A program made the translations under genes and the position numbers. Shown here piece after piece: positions 1 to 13,583 of a stretch of DNA of 64,000 nt. The notes below the pieces were generated by a model, which was not told the origin of the DNA, did no database searches, and saw nothing but the letters and a program-made list of their open reading frames with translations. Origin of the DNA: Macrostomum hystrix. Its lineage: Eukaryota; Animalia; Platyhelminthes. Position 1 is the stretch's first letter. Every line of letters starts with the position of its first letter. The stretch is taken from contig CATNEN010000013.1 in the NCBI GenBank assembly GCA_950097015.1, positions 62,001 through 126,000 on the forward strand, given 5' to 3'.

Positions 1-52
1 CTGAGTTCTCCCTAAAGTTCATGAAGCGACTCAAAGTCGGGGTCAGGCTCAC

Positions 53-3000
53 CCCGATGAGTGTCCAGGTGAATACCGGCGGGGTCCACCCAGGGCTGTT
101 TGTAGCGAACAATCGACGATGCCCTCAGCTTGCTGGGTATTTTAACGTCGCGCAGATTGTCCATGAGGTCCTGAGCCTCCTGGTCCACCTCCGTGCCGTT
201 CATGTCGATGAAGTTGCGTGCCACCCGCCAGTTGGACAGAGTGATGCCCTCCAGGTGCCGCAGGAAGGCCAGCGTGTGCCGGCTGTTGTTCGGCGCCGTC
301 AGAATGCCGTGAATGTTCTCGCGCTCGGTCACTGTTAATAGTCACGTGATTAGGAAGAACTCATTGGGGATTGCACGGCTGCTCATTTGGTAGTAGTGGA
401 TAATAAAATAATAATAATAATAATTGATAACACCTGCCCTAATTGAGTCTGATGTGCAGTAGACAGCACCTTCACGACCTTCAAGTCGTGAGTCGGACGC
501 TCCACTAGGCTACAGAAATAGTAGAGCTACTCATGACAACTGTACAGCTCATTGTTAAGCTTCGATTCAAATCTCAGACAATGCCCTCTCAGTTGAGCAG
601 TGCCCAGGCCATTGTTCCGTTTTCTACATCAAATTATTAGAAGCAGAATAGTTCGCTGTCTGCTTTGTTATAAACTGTAAAAAGTATTTTTCTTGCTGGA
701 AGTCACGCAGCACATCATCGACGTCACAGCTGCAGTGAGTTGAAAGTTTTCAACGAATCTTCAACGAAGTAAAAAATGCAAAATTTTTCTTACAAACTCT
801 TCAAAGCTGTTTGCAATAGAAATACAGATTTTTTGTACTTTTGAGCCGGCAATTGTGAGCAATCCTTCACATGTCGCTAACTGGCTGCAGTCAGCTAAGA
901 GGCCCCAAGTACAGTTTTTAGCAGCACATTTAAATATAGGTATACTGCGTGACTTCGGTGGAGTCATTGATGCGGAAGAACCCAATTTCGTCTCGGTACC
1001 TATTTTAAGTTAGCAAACTGGCAGAAGCGTTAACTGAGCAGAACTTTGACTGCGATCAACTCAGTCTGTTTGCGCTTCAGCAGTACAAACCTTGTCTTGC
1101 TTTGTTTGCCAAACTATAAAAAAGCACTAAAACGACTTCCTGAGCCTGTGCTGGAGTCAGTGATGAATGCTTTAAACAATGGACAGCTTTTGTTACATTG
1201 TTGCAAGATATGAAAATATAGCTAAAAGCTTTAAAATGATACATATAATTAGTCAAGAATTATTTGCGTTTCGCTTAACCATTAAAACTATTTGTAAAAA
1301 ATTCAGCGCTAATTTCTAGATCCTTTTAGCATTTTCATGATTAAGCGCGCGCCCGACCACTAGTGCAAGATCTATTTTTAGACATTTTCATGATTAAGCG
1401 CGCGCCCGACCACTAGTGCAAGATCTATTTTTAGAAATTTTCATGATTAAGCGCGCGCTCATCCACTGTGCAAGTTCTATTTTTAGACATTTTCATGATT
1501 AAGCGCGCGGTCATCCACTGCGCAAGTTCTATTTTTACACATTTTCATGATTAAGCGCGCGCCCGACCACTAGTGCAAGATCTATTTTTATACATTTTCA
1601 TGATTAATCGCGTGCTCATCCACTGTGCAAGATTTTTTTTCTAGACATTTTCATGATTAAACACACGCTCGTCCACTTGTGTTAGATCTATCTTAAGGAA
1701 TTTTCATGATTAAACACGCGCTCATCTACTAGTACAATGTCTAAAAGTACAAGCGCACCTACTCACCCGACATGAAATAGTTGTGCCGCTGGTCGGCGTC
1801 GATTTTCTGCTCCTGAAATAGCCGGTCAGTTGCCTGGCGGAAGATCAGCTGCATCTTGCCCATTGTTGTCCACCATTCGTTCTGGTGAGCTTCCATCATT
1901 TTTTGCATACCCTGCAAAACAATGGCATAGCAGAATCATTGCAGGTTGGATTTCCTACCAAAAGCGCTCACTAGCATCGAGATGAAATGTCATAATACGC
2001 TATTTTTATAGCTGCAAATCAAACTCCCACTAACTTCCGCGGACCCATTTAGCACAGAGTGCATTTTCAGTCGGTAGTTGGTATAGGAAAGAAAAATTGC
2101 CACAGCTGCTATAAAATTTGCCACTAGATTAAACTTTGTAAACAGGCGGGGGCGTTCTCAATCTTTGTGTTAAATAATAGGGCAGAATAAAGCAGGGAAA
2201 ATATGGGGGATTCTCAACCAAATTCCATGCTTTTCCTTAAAAAATCGCAGTTTAAATTTTTTAAAGAGAGGAAAAGTACTTTTTGTGCGAGCAAAGTGAA
2301 ATAGTTTTTCTAGCTTTTACTAGTGCTTTAGCAAAAATGTGCATCTTTATTGCTGAACAGAAATCTAATAATGAAAACAAACTTGCTTGTATTTTTCTTA
2401 TTTAGGCGTTTAGAAAAAATTAGAGTAACAATTCACTACATTCTCACTTTGTCCTGAAATGAAGACAAGAAAGGTGTATTAAACAAAAATTATGTGTTAG
2501 TGAAGCCCTAAAATTTGACCGGATTATTTTTCAGGCGCAGCTAATATATACCACGAAGCTTTTGAAAACTTTCAATCAGATTGAGGTTTCCTCAGATCTA
2601 TAAATAGCTCCGGAGTTTCCTCAGATCTATAAATAGCTCCGGAGTTTCCTCAGATCTATAAATAGCTCCGTAGTTTCCTCAGATCTATAAATAGCTCCGG
2701 ATTTTCCTCAGATCTATAAATACGAGCTCGTAGCTCAGGGGTTTCCTTAGATATATAAAATAGCTATGTGGTTTCCTCATATCGAAATATAGATCGTGGT
2801 TTCCTCAGAATTGAGGTTTCCGCATATATATATATAAGTAGCTAGAGGGTTCTCCGAGTTTAAACTAGCAAATACTTTTATCGCAGAGTTGAAAAGCACT
2901 AGGTATTCATTTATCTATGCATAGCAACTAGGCTAGGACTGATTATAAAATATAGATTCGGTTGAAAAACTGCAGGTTTAAATAAAGTGATTGTAGGTCA

Positions 3001-6000
3001 AGAGGTTAAGTTAGAAAATAAATTTTCTGGTTATACAAGCAAAGCAATTCAGAAATATCAATAGCTAAACAAGAAGGAAGTGTCTTGTTCTTGTATGTTC
3101 GACCATTTGTTAACGCAAGAAATGCAACTGTGCTAACTGGCGCAGTAGGGTTATGAGGGCGTATCTGCGGCTATTCCTCAATTTTGTGTGCTTTTAGCTC
3201 TAAGATACAACTACTATAATATATTACGTATTCTAGGAGCTTAGTTCTAAAAGTCGATCTGGGTTAACAGTAGAACTACCAAGCGGGGGATTTCCCCCTG
3301 ACCATTTTTGCTGCACCCGAACTGAGCAACGCAATCACACGAAACTCAAGAGCACGGCCAACTTTTTGTTACGCAACTTGTGAAACAATAATCAAGTCAC
3401 CAGCTCTTCAGACCATCGAGAAATTGAATGTTTTTAGGTGAAGGCCCGATTTTTCCCGTAAGCGCTAGTGTCTTTCATACACCCCTATACAAAAATTAGC
3501 ACTGAGCCTCAGTGCGGCCTTGCAAGGCCTTCAAAATTTATCAGCATGCCACCCGAATGTGCCTGCATTATCTCCGGTCACCTACCTTTATCTAGACGCA
3601 CTGATGGACCTTTAAGGGCTACAACAGGTGGAACTTGGCCACTATGGACACCCTGACGCGAATTTCTCCGATTTCGCTGATCAAGCCTAAATATTAGACG
3701 CAGCTCAACCACAGAACACCCTTGCCTAGTCTGTCAACCAATCTGTCAACCAATCAGACACCACCCAAAGCTGTTAGCATTCGAGCGCTGCCAAAAAGAT
3801 TTTCAGGAGGAGAAATTCTCCCCCCTCGGTACAACAACGGGCGGCAAAATGGCTTGGTAGTCCTACTGTTAGTGTCGTCCATTTGATCCCAGGCGTGGTA
3901 GTTCTGTACTGTTAAGAGTCGTAATGCCCACTGCAGGACGATGAGAAGTCGTCGGGGCAAAGTGTAAACTTTTGTACATGTCCTGTGTGCGTGTTTTGGA
4001 TGCCAAATGTGTGGCGACGTCGGAAATGTCTTACCTTGTTGTTGAAATGGATCAGTATCGACGAAATCGGCTGTAACACCTGCACTGGCGGGACCAGGTT
4101 CTCGTCCTTTTTGTACCAGCGCTCCAGGTAGCCGGCATCTTCGGCTGTGCCGTGCTGGCGCACCGCGTCCAGGATCATGTCGAACTCGGCCGCGTCAATC
4201 AGTGTCGGAAATGGCCTATAGCCGTACTTCTGGCCCAGCAGTACCACGAAGTTGGGGCCGACGCTCACCCGTTGGCAGGTGCTGATCTCTTTTAGGCACA
4301 GGTGGGTCGTCATGTGGTCGTCTGTGGCTTCGTCTCGGACACCCCAGCGCATGTCCACCACCTGACGGCGTTTGAGTTGCTACTGATTTTATAGTTCTGC
4401 ATTCAATATTGCCATACTAAAGAGACTCTGCCCTGTCTTCACTTCACAATCGCTGACACCGATTTCCTCAGTAGTTATTTGGTCTGACACCTTACAGCTT
4501 ACAATCATTGCTGTTGGTATCACATTCGTCCCCTCACTAAATACCTGAAATTCCAGTCCGTGTTGCTCCCTGCAGTACTCCTTGATCTTGGGATAAATTC
4601 GCTCCATGAGGGAGTTGCGCTCGACACCCGTATCTGTAAGTAGCACGAAAGAAAATGTACTATTTATTTTATTGATAACAAGTTCTAAAACAGCAGAATT
4701 CAGCAGAGGAACCAATAAGCTAGTGAACTGCGCGCTTCATTCATACCAGTAAATGTTGAGCTGGTGAAAATGCGCACAATCTTGCTAGGCATTGTTGGAA
4801 GATTCTCTAGGAGGCCGCGAAAGATTTTGTCCACCACCGTATGACAACCGCGACTCAGTGGGCCTTCCAGAATCTCCGGCTCCGGATCCTCCTCCTCCGG
4901 GTCCTCCTCAACATCTGCTTCATCGTCTTCCGTTGGAGAGTAATCAGCCTCTTCACCTCTAGCAGCCAGAGTCGCCTCGGCCCCTTCCATCTCTGTGGCT
5001 GCAGCATCTGCCCCGGTTGCGTTGGCAGCATCTGGCGTTCCGCCACCACTGCCGCCACCGCCGGCCCCTCCAGCAGGCACCCGCACCACAACCTGCTGCC
5101 GGACCACCGGGGCTCGGCGAATCGGTGCGGTCGCCGGTTGGGTCTCCTCGCCGCCAGCTGCAACAGTGGTCGCTACTCCTGCAGCTGAAGCTGTACCGTC
5201 TAGTTGCGACCGATTCGATGATGCCACCGAGTGTCGAGAGGCCGCTGAAGCGGCTGATGCCACCTGCTGTTGCCGCTTTCGTTGCTGCTGCTGCTGCTGA
5301 CGTTGCTGACGTTGTTGCTGGTGGTGTTGCTGTCGCGATTGACGGATCAGCTGTCTGGTCGCCACTGTCTCAGCCGTAGACGCCATCGACGCTGGTGTCG
5401 CGGACATGGTTGGAGGCATGTCCTCAGAGCGAGTCGGACTCTGTGATAAGAGCTGCCGCTGCTGCTGAGGCAACTCAGCATCCGAAAATGAGGCTTCTTC
5501 GTCTTCATCATCGTCGCGGCGTCTTTGTCCAGCGAGGTTGGTAGCGGCTCCAGCCGCTGGCGAAAGTCGGCGACGATGCTGCGTTTGCTGCTTCTGCTGA
5601 TGCTTTTCTTTTGACTTGCGCCCCCTATTTAATTTTGTGAATTGAATGTCAATAGATTTGTCACGTTTTTTAAGTGCAAAACAAAATAAACGCGATTTAA
5701 CATTTAACAGAATCTTGATATGGAACGTACCTCTCTCTCGACAACATGGAGTTCGATTCCGGACCGGCGTCCTCATTTTGAGACAAATCGTTATTGTCGG
5801 AAGCTAAATCAGCAGCTTCGCTGTCCGGTGTCGCAACTGCCGTATGTGGCGCTGGACTAACCTTGCGACGCTCCTCAACTTCCTCAAGGCCCTCTGGCGT
5901 CTGATTGGAGTGCTGCGTCTTTCTTGACTGAGTTTTTCGACTGACTCGATCTACAGATTCAACGTTTTCTATTCGCTTCTCTGATCGCTCTGACTTTTCT

Positions 6001-8702
6001 GTTCGACGACGCTCTGATCGGTCGTGTCGCTCTGGTCGATTTTCGCGAGTTCTCTCCGATCGATTTGCTTGATCAGTTCGATCTAGTCGATCTCGCTCTG
6101 GTCGATCTAGTCGATCTCGCTCTGGTCGATCTAGTCGATCTCGCTCTGGTCGATCCTCACGAGTTCTCTCTGGTCGATCCTCACGAGTTCTCTCTGGTCG
6201 ATCCTCACGAGTTCTCTCTGGTCGATCCTCACGAGTTCTCTCTGGTCGATCTTCGCGAGTTCTCTCTGGTCGATCCTCACGAGTTCTCTCTGGTCGATCC
6301 TCACGAGTTCTCTCTGGTCGATCCTCACGAGTTCTCTCTGGTCGATCTTCGCGAGTTCTCTCTGGTCGATCTTCGCGAGTTCTCTCTGGTCGATCCTCAC
6401 GAGTTCTCTCTGGTCGATCTTCACGAGTTCTCTCTGGTCGATCCTCACGAGTTCTCTCTGGTCGATCCTCACGAGTTCTCTCTGGTCGATCTTCGCGAGT
6501 TCTCTCTGGTCGATCTTCGCGAGTTCTCTCTGGTCGATCTTCGCGAGTTCTCTCTGGTCGATCTTCGCGAGTTCTCTCTGGTCGATCTTCGCGAGTTCTC
6601 TCTGGTCGATCTTCGCGAGTTCTCTCTGGTCGATCTTCGCGAGTTCTCTCTGGTCGATCTTCGCGAGTTCTCTCTGGTCGATCTTCGCGAGTTCTCTCTG
6701 GTCGATCTTCGCGAGTTCTCTCTGGTCGATCTTCGCGAGTTCTCTCTGGTCGATCTTCGCGAGTTCTCTCTGGTCGATCTTCGCGAGTTCTCTCTGGTCG
6801 ATCTTCGCGAGTTCTCTCTGGTCGATCTTCGCGAGTTCTCTCTGGTCGATCTTCGCGAGTTCTCTCTGGTCGATCTTCGCGAGTTCTCTCTGCTCGTTCC
6901 GGTCGATATTCGCGAGCTTTCTCTGATCGATTTTCGCGTGTTCTCTCTGGCCGATCCAATCGATTTGGTTGATCTAGTCGATCTTGCACTGGACGGTCTT
7001 CGCGAATTCGCTCTGATTTATTTTGTCGATCTGGTCGATCTGGTCGATCTATTCGATCTGATCGAACTAGTCTATCTGGTCGATCTCGATCTCGATCAAA
7101 ACTGTCTAGTTGATCTTGTATTTCGAGCCGATCGTTGCGATCTCCCTTTGATCGATCTGGTCGCTCTCCTGGTCTCCTTGTTCTTTCTGATCGATCTGTT
7201 CGATCTTGATCAGTTCGTTTAATTCCGTCTGATTGATCTCGACTTTGTGATCTGTCGTGTCGCTCTGGCCGACTCTGCTGCTCCAATCGATCGTGCCGCT
7301 CTGGTCTACCTTGCAATTCCGATTGATCAGTTGTTTCTGCTCTCCTCGATAGCTCTTTATCAACCTTAAATATCTTTGCTCGGCCTATCGACTCCAGTTC
7401 CGCATGGTCGTGTCGTCTTCGCTTTCCGGAACTTTGTCGCGACTGCCTCTCTCTGTGCAAAGCCACGTCTCTCTCCTCAGCCTCAGCCTCCGCTGAATCT
7501 GCTCGCGACTCTCCCGACTCGTCGATATCGGACTGCTTGCGTTGATTTGTCCGGGAAGTCGGCGGCAGCACTGGGAACGCACCGCGGCGCAGGTTAAGAC
7601 TCTCCACGGAGCCAGCCTGGCGCACCGGGCGACCCTCTGTGGCGTTTAAGTTCGGCACGCTGCGGTAGCTTCGGCCTCCTAGCCGGCTCGAGTCAGCCGC
7701 ATCACTTCCAAGATTCGGCCTGGCCGCGGATTCGTCGCTGAGAACCCCTCGATCCTCTTCGTCCTCACTGAACGCCTCGTCATCATCTGAAGCAGTTCTA
7801 CCAGACGAGAACGAGGGAGACGACGAACGTCGCCGACGGATCTGCTCCTCGTCCTCCTGGCATTCCTGCAGCTCCTCCACCCGATGCTGGCGGTGCTTCT
7901 GCAGTTGGTGCAGCTGGCGCTGCCGCTGATACTTCTTGTAGGCCTCTTGCTCAGCCAACTGACTGCCGATGCTGCGCAGGACGCGCTTGGTTCGCTCGTC
8001 AGATGCCTCGGCATTGTCCAACGCTGGTAGACGGTACTTGACGGCCGCCTTGCTATACGGGTTCTGCGCCACTGTTGGCTTCTGCTTCTGCTTCCTGATT
8101 GTCAGCTGCTGCTGCTGCCGCGGTGTAGTGCCCGGGAAGTGCTGAACAAGCGAGAAGTCCGACGCCTGCATTGGATTCAGTGCATTCAGTGCCTTTGAAA
8201 AGCTTGGCTGCAGCGAGCGCACCCCAAGCCCGATGGCCCCAGTTGCTGATTCCATCGGAAGGGCTCCGAAGGTGGCGGTACCGATCGGTCCACCGATCGC
8301 CGGTCTATGCTTCAGTGCAGCCGCCTGACCGACTGGCACGAAAGCTACGTCTCCTGGCTTCAGCATCGACTTGGCGGCGGCCTCTTGACCACCTGCCGCG
8401 ATGCGAACGTCGAACTGCTTGCCGGAGAACACAACGAGGACGTCCGTATCCCTCCCTGTGACTCCCGGGTGAAGGTCGCCAATGCCGACTGCGCCAACTG
8501 GCGCGTTGCCCTCGCTGTAATGCAGAGCTGAAGGTGCCGATGCGCTGCCTCCGCCGCCGCCGTCGAAACATCCACCTTCGAGTCGCTTCTTGGCCCGTTC
8601 GATGATCTCGCGCTCGAATTGCGGTCCAGCCACGGGGATGAGGTTGGTCTTCTTCACCGTCACTGCAACCAAGCGGTGGCCGTGGCCCCGTGGACAGGTC
8701 AT
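53..8702 (-). CDS. NACHT and WD repeat domain-containing protein (NWD1/NWD2-like), 5' part; gene continues off the left edge
   Basis: Predicted exons (minus): 8702-5731, 5624-4747, 4633-4545, 4361-4035, 1911-1767, 331-53, all GT-AG and phase-consistent. The spliced product contains VDKIFRGLLENLPTMPSKIVRIFTSSTFTD-TGVERNSLMERIYPKIKEYC-VVDMRWGVRDEATDDH-GPNFVVLLGQKYGYRP-HNYFMSVTERE, which I recognise as the NWD-family N-terminal (DUF4062-like) region. The true start is uncertain; an acceptor-like AG precedes 8711. Confidence 0.85.
1330..1740. repeat. ~53-bp minisatellite, ~8 copies, in an NWD intron
   Basis: Unit cattttcatgattaagcgcgcgcccgaccactagtgcaagatctatttttaga starts at about 1330, 1383, 1436, 1488, 1540, 1593, 1646 and 1699. 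Confidence 0.95.
2586..2830. repeat. 29-bp minisatellite, ~4 good plus several degenerate copies
   Basis: Unit gtttcctcagatctataaatagctccgga. Confidence 0.9.
3268..3868. mobile_element. Non-autonomous TIR DNA transposon (MITE), copy 1
   Basis: 17-bp TIRs CAGTAGAACTACCAAGC / GCTTGGTAGTCCTACTG (16/17 match), flanked by TTAA and TTAG. The interior is homologous to 19162-19711 and, inverted, to 24236-24552. No transposase ORF. Confidence 0.85.
6079..6895 (-). repeat. Coding 24-bp tandem repeat (REDRPERT x ~31 plus PERDRLDR x3) inside the first NWD exon
   Basis: Unit gagttctctctggtcgatc(ctcac/ttcgc), in frame in the 1004-aa ORF. Confidence 0.95.
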
Positions 8703-11700
8703 GCCTTCCAACTTTCAGCTATAGGCTGTTCTCTCTCTCACTGGCTCCATTTTCTTTTTTACCGTTCAAAAATTCTACGTGTAAGCTAAAGACTGCCGGG
8801 CCAATCACCAGTGAAACCCTCTCCCTACTCCTGCGTCTCCATCACAGACGCCGACTTTCTCCATAGCTCTCTGTTTGTACTTTGCTTGCCCGCCTCACTC
8901 TCTACTGCCTCACTTCACTTGACTTCACTTGACTCAAGTTAAACTGCTAGCAACACTGCTAGCCAATGAGGCTTGGATCTTGGACTGAGGCACTCTGAAT
9001 TGGCCTTTTGTTTCTAAACAGAAATCACCATTGATTGGCAGTCGCCAAAACGCCCTCTCTCTCTTTCCCAGTGTCCTCTACCCTTGGTTTCCTCTTCGGC
9101 AAAAATGACATGCTTGAAAGCAGCACCGTGTGCTTGTCATCCATTCTTCTCCTTTCTCTCTAGCTATCTTTGCCCTTCCTTTTTCTGTTCAGTTTCCATG
9201 CCTTGGAGACTGGCTCTAAGTGCTGGCTCTACATAGCAACAGTCCCAGCCTGCTGACACATTGTTAGTTTTTCTTGCCAAATTGTCTCCAGAGCCGCTTC
9301 GGTTAAGCCACTACAATTTTTGTTCTATTGCTTGTAACGCACTGAAGAGGCCTTTGTGCTCCTGGATTTCTCTGTTACAACAGTCTTCTGTGTTACGGCA
9401 AGCTAAACTGCTTTACTGTAGCAAGCTTTCTAGGCCTTTTATTATATACACGGGAGCAGTATTATTTCGAATAGCATCACGAGTTGTGAATGACAAATAA
9501 AAAACTATGATTCATTCTAGATCTCATATCTACCCAATTCAAAATCCATCAATAAGAATGTTCTAGGTCTCATACCGTACTAAAAGCAGATGTCATCAAT
9601 TTTTGGTCCGAATTCTAACAACAAGCTTTTTGTAAAGACAAAACAACATACAAAAGTACATTGAAAATACAGGTTTGTCTCTCACCCGGAGGCGGCATGC
9701 CACTGATGGAGACCTTCCACAGGCTCTTTGTCTGCGGCCTGGCTTTTGGTCCCATTTCCATCAGGCGCCTGAAGAAAAAAATATTCGCGTTAATAGTTCG
9801 CAATCACTCGTATCCTTTTAGAAGAATTCCAGCAGTAGTGCTACTAAAAGTAATAAGCATATCCAACGGAAATATTGAGTAAAATATAGGTATCATGTCA
9901 ATTGACTTCTCTGGTGTTATAATTTGATAATATGATACTACTAATACTTAACAATTTAAATAAAAATAATCAAACTACCTCAAAAAATTGTTTAAGTAGC
10001 ATTTGTTTAAATGCTCCGACTGTGGTTATAACAAATTATAGCAGAAGCAGCGATAGCAGCTCTCCAAATTTCCCACACCAAACATCAATTCTTTTCACTG
10101 AAATAAAAGAAATCTAAACAAATATTTACAAAATTCACCGCAAAATATCATAGATAGAGAAGTGAGTGCATGCTGCACTGCCTACTAACAGCAGTATCTT
10201 AGTGTGGCAAAGATACGACAGCTATTAAAATGAAACCAAAACTAAACGGCTATCGTATAAAATATCTACCTGCTGAGAAATTGGCTAAAACGGCGAGCAA
10301 TGAGACGATAACTTTAGTCAGAAACGTTTTGCGACTAAACTGATATGTTATTGATCATCCATTCTAGCCCTGTTTGCCAAGTTGAATTCGCAAATGTTAC
10401 AATTTGTTTGCACTAATTGCACACTAGACTTTGCTCTGTAAACCAACTGTTTGCTAATTGATTCCGAAAGGTTTGGCAATCTTATTAGTGATTGTGACTT
10501 TTTCAATCCAAAAAGGCAACAGAAAGACCCCGTCGCGACAAAATTTGTTTCGGAAAATGGGCTATCGCGGTAAAACAATTTTCTCTAGTCCTCATTTCAG
10601 TTCTCATGCAAGGAATTTCCTAAACCATTAAAGGACGTTTTCAGCGTTTCGCTCATTTAAAGGAATTAAAAGAGACTGCATGCATAGGCAAAGTTAGTTC
10701 AGTGCCTCCACAAATCTAATCGATAATCTGAAGACGTCGCAACCGTTTTCAAAAGCTTTTGTTTTGTTTTTAGTTTGTTATAATGTACAACATAAATGTT
10801 TTGTTAAATAATAGTTTATTTTAAGTTATCTGGTTTGTAATAAATATTGCGTTATACGTACATATATTTTTAGGAGATGTTTATAAAACAATTATTGCTA
10901 TTGCTATTATATAAATGTACGTGTGAGTAAAATTACGTAATTGTTATCAAATCAAACTTTTTATACCGAAAGTAAAAGAAATAGAAAAAGAATGGCTGCG
11001 TTATATTGAATTTATTAACTTTTATTAAAGAATATTAATATATTATAGAAATATTATTAGTATATATATTACATGTTATTAGTAAATAAAATAGTTGTTT
11101 TTTATTTTGACTTTTTGTTTAATTTTAAAGACAATACTAAACATTTTGAATTCGGTTGAGATTTTAGCAAGTCAGGTTTGTGTCTTAAATGGTATTGGTC
11201 CTATCCCGCTGTTATTTTTATCCGGTATCATCTAGGTCTCTAGCATTCCTTGGTCTAGGAGTCCATGCATGCGAAACGTCGGCACCCGAACCCCGTCCAA
11301 TCTAATCGCTATTGACAATGTCGCCACAGATGAAGTCAGCCAATTTAATTGGCAAACTTCCGGCCATATGCGCATGGCCTGTCTGCGTTCGCCTTGTCGG
11401 TTCCCGCCAGATGCAAAAACAATACAAAAAACGATAAAAAAAGGCCACTGATAACAATAGAGAAGACTCTGCTGTGCTCAAATCCAAGCAGTTGTGACAG
11501 ACTGCTCTTTGACTAAGACCTAAGAATGACTATCGCGCGTGACATTAAGGCTTTTGAAGCGGGCTACACACACAGAGAAAGATAGTAAAAATTCTATTCG
11601 CTATCGGCCGAGTGTAAATTCTCTGACTTAAGGATCAACAAGCCTAACTGCCGCTATAGAAGAACTAAATTTTGGCACCAATTAGAGTTTTTACAGAAGA

Positions 11701-11780
11701 AAGAATAATCATTTCGGTGAAAATTTATAACACAGATCAAAAACGCAGCTGAACACCCCAAATTCAGTTGAATACCAGAG

Positions 11781-12195
11781 ACACAGTTTAGCGCCCTAAA
11801 CACAATTAAACACCCGAGTACAGTTAACCATTCTAGACACAGTTAAACAACCCTAGACACAGTTAAACACCCTAGACACAGTTAAACACCCTAGACACAG
11901 TTAAACACCCTAGACACAGTTAAACACCCTAAACACCCTAGACACAGTTAAACACCCTAGACACAGTTAAACACCCTAGACACAGTTAAACACCCTAGAC
12001 ACAGTTAGACACCCCAGACACAGCTTAACACCCTAGACAAAGTTAAACACCCTAGACACAGTTAAACACCCCAGATACAGCTTAACACCCTAGACACAGT
12101 TAAACAACCTAGACACAGTTAAACACCCTAGACACAGTTAAACACCCTAGACACAGTTAAACACCCCAAAATACAGCTTAATACTCTAAACACAC
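11781..12195. repeat. 19-bp minisatellite, ~20 copies
   Basis: Unit cacagttaaacaccctaga. Confidence 0.95.
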
Positions 12196-13196
12196 GGCAG
12201 TAAATTGTACCGTTGACCATATTTTCGTCAAGGTGTGGTTTGCAGGCCAGTCTAGCTATTCTTACCTGGAGACGCTGCGGCCTTTGTAAACTGCAAAGTT
12301 AACGGAATAAAAATGGAAGCGAAGCCTGTCAGTTTGCACGTCTACTTTGCTATGATTCTGGAATTAAGTCAATGACGAGTTTTGCTCAAAGATTATATTT
12401 TTTCCTGTACTACTTTTTTATCGACTGACCGTCGAGAGTTGACAACTACCGGATGCAAGAGGCGAGAGGTACGGGGATTATGTGGAAAGCAACAGGTCCT
12501 TAAACTGGGCACCTCATGTTTCTCATCACTCCTCCGCTGAGTTCTAAAAGGAAATGAGTGAGTAGCTAATAAAGTCTGCAGAGGAAAGGGAGAAATTGTG
12601 AAGAGAAAAATGCTAATGCTGGGATGCTGGCACAACAGAACTTAGACTAGGAGGGAAGAGGAAGGAGACAGGGGATCTGAGTAGGCTCAACTCCCAAGCT
12701 AGCTATGGGTGTTTGAAATATTTACTAACCAGTTGTTGTCTTCTCTAAAGCCCCGGGCCTTAGCGACAAGACCAACGCCTGGCAGTTGGATTGCATGTCG
12801 CCCCTGCCCTTATTGACCAGACATTTTGCCATAGACTGTGTTCTTTTTTCAATTATTCCATCTCCAAATGCACTTCTAGCAATAGGGCGACAATTCTTGA
12901 TCTCTAGGAGAAGACATCAGTCCTTAGCAACCAGTTTTATAAATGAATGTGGCTTCACTCGTTTCTCATTATTTCCTGTTCAAATGAATTCATTGACGTT
13001 TGTATTACAGATCAGTCCAAACGATGTGTGTGTACGATTCGTGATTTTGCATAGGCAATTCCGTCTTTGAAAACTTTACAAATACGGAAAAGATGGATCT
13101 TCTCATGGAGATGGATCTTACAGCAGTCAATCTCAATACTCAAGACAACGCTTATTTGAGGTAGAGCTACACATACAAACTTGCTAACAGTAATTG

Positions 13197-13583
13197 TTTA
13201 CAGCCAGCTTACAAGCCAGCTTACAGCCAGCTTACAAGCCAGCTTACAGCCAGCTTACAGCCAGCTTACAGCCAGCTTACAGCCAGCTTACAGCCAGCTT
13301 ACAGCCAGCTTACAGCCAGCTTACAGCCAGCTTACAAGCCAGCTTACAGCCAGCTTACAGCCAGCTTACAGCCAGCTTACAGCCAGCTTACAGCCAGCTT
13401 ACAGCCAGCTTACAGCCAGCTTACAGCCAGCTTACAGCCAGCTTACAGCCAGCTTACAGCCAGCTTACAGCCAGCTTACAGCCAGCTTACAGCCAGCTTA
13501 CAGCCAGCTTACAGCCAGCTTACAGCCAGCTTACAGCCAGCTTACAGCCAGCTTACAAGCCAGCTTACAGCCAGCTTACAGCC
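13197..13583. repeat. 11-bp minisatellite, ~35 copies
   Basis: Unit acagccagctt, nearly homogeneous with occasional acaagccagctt. Confidence 0.97.

Noticed and set aside
6065-7363. Antisense and alternate-frame ORFs (385, 113 and 85 aa) over the NWD repeat
   Set aside because: They are by-products of a 24-bp repeat without stops. Repeat variants are synonymous only in the NWD frame.
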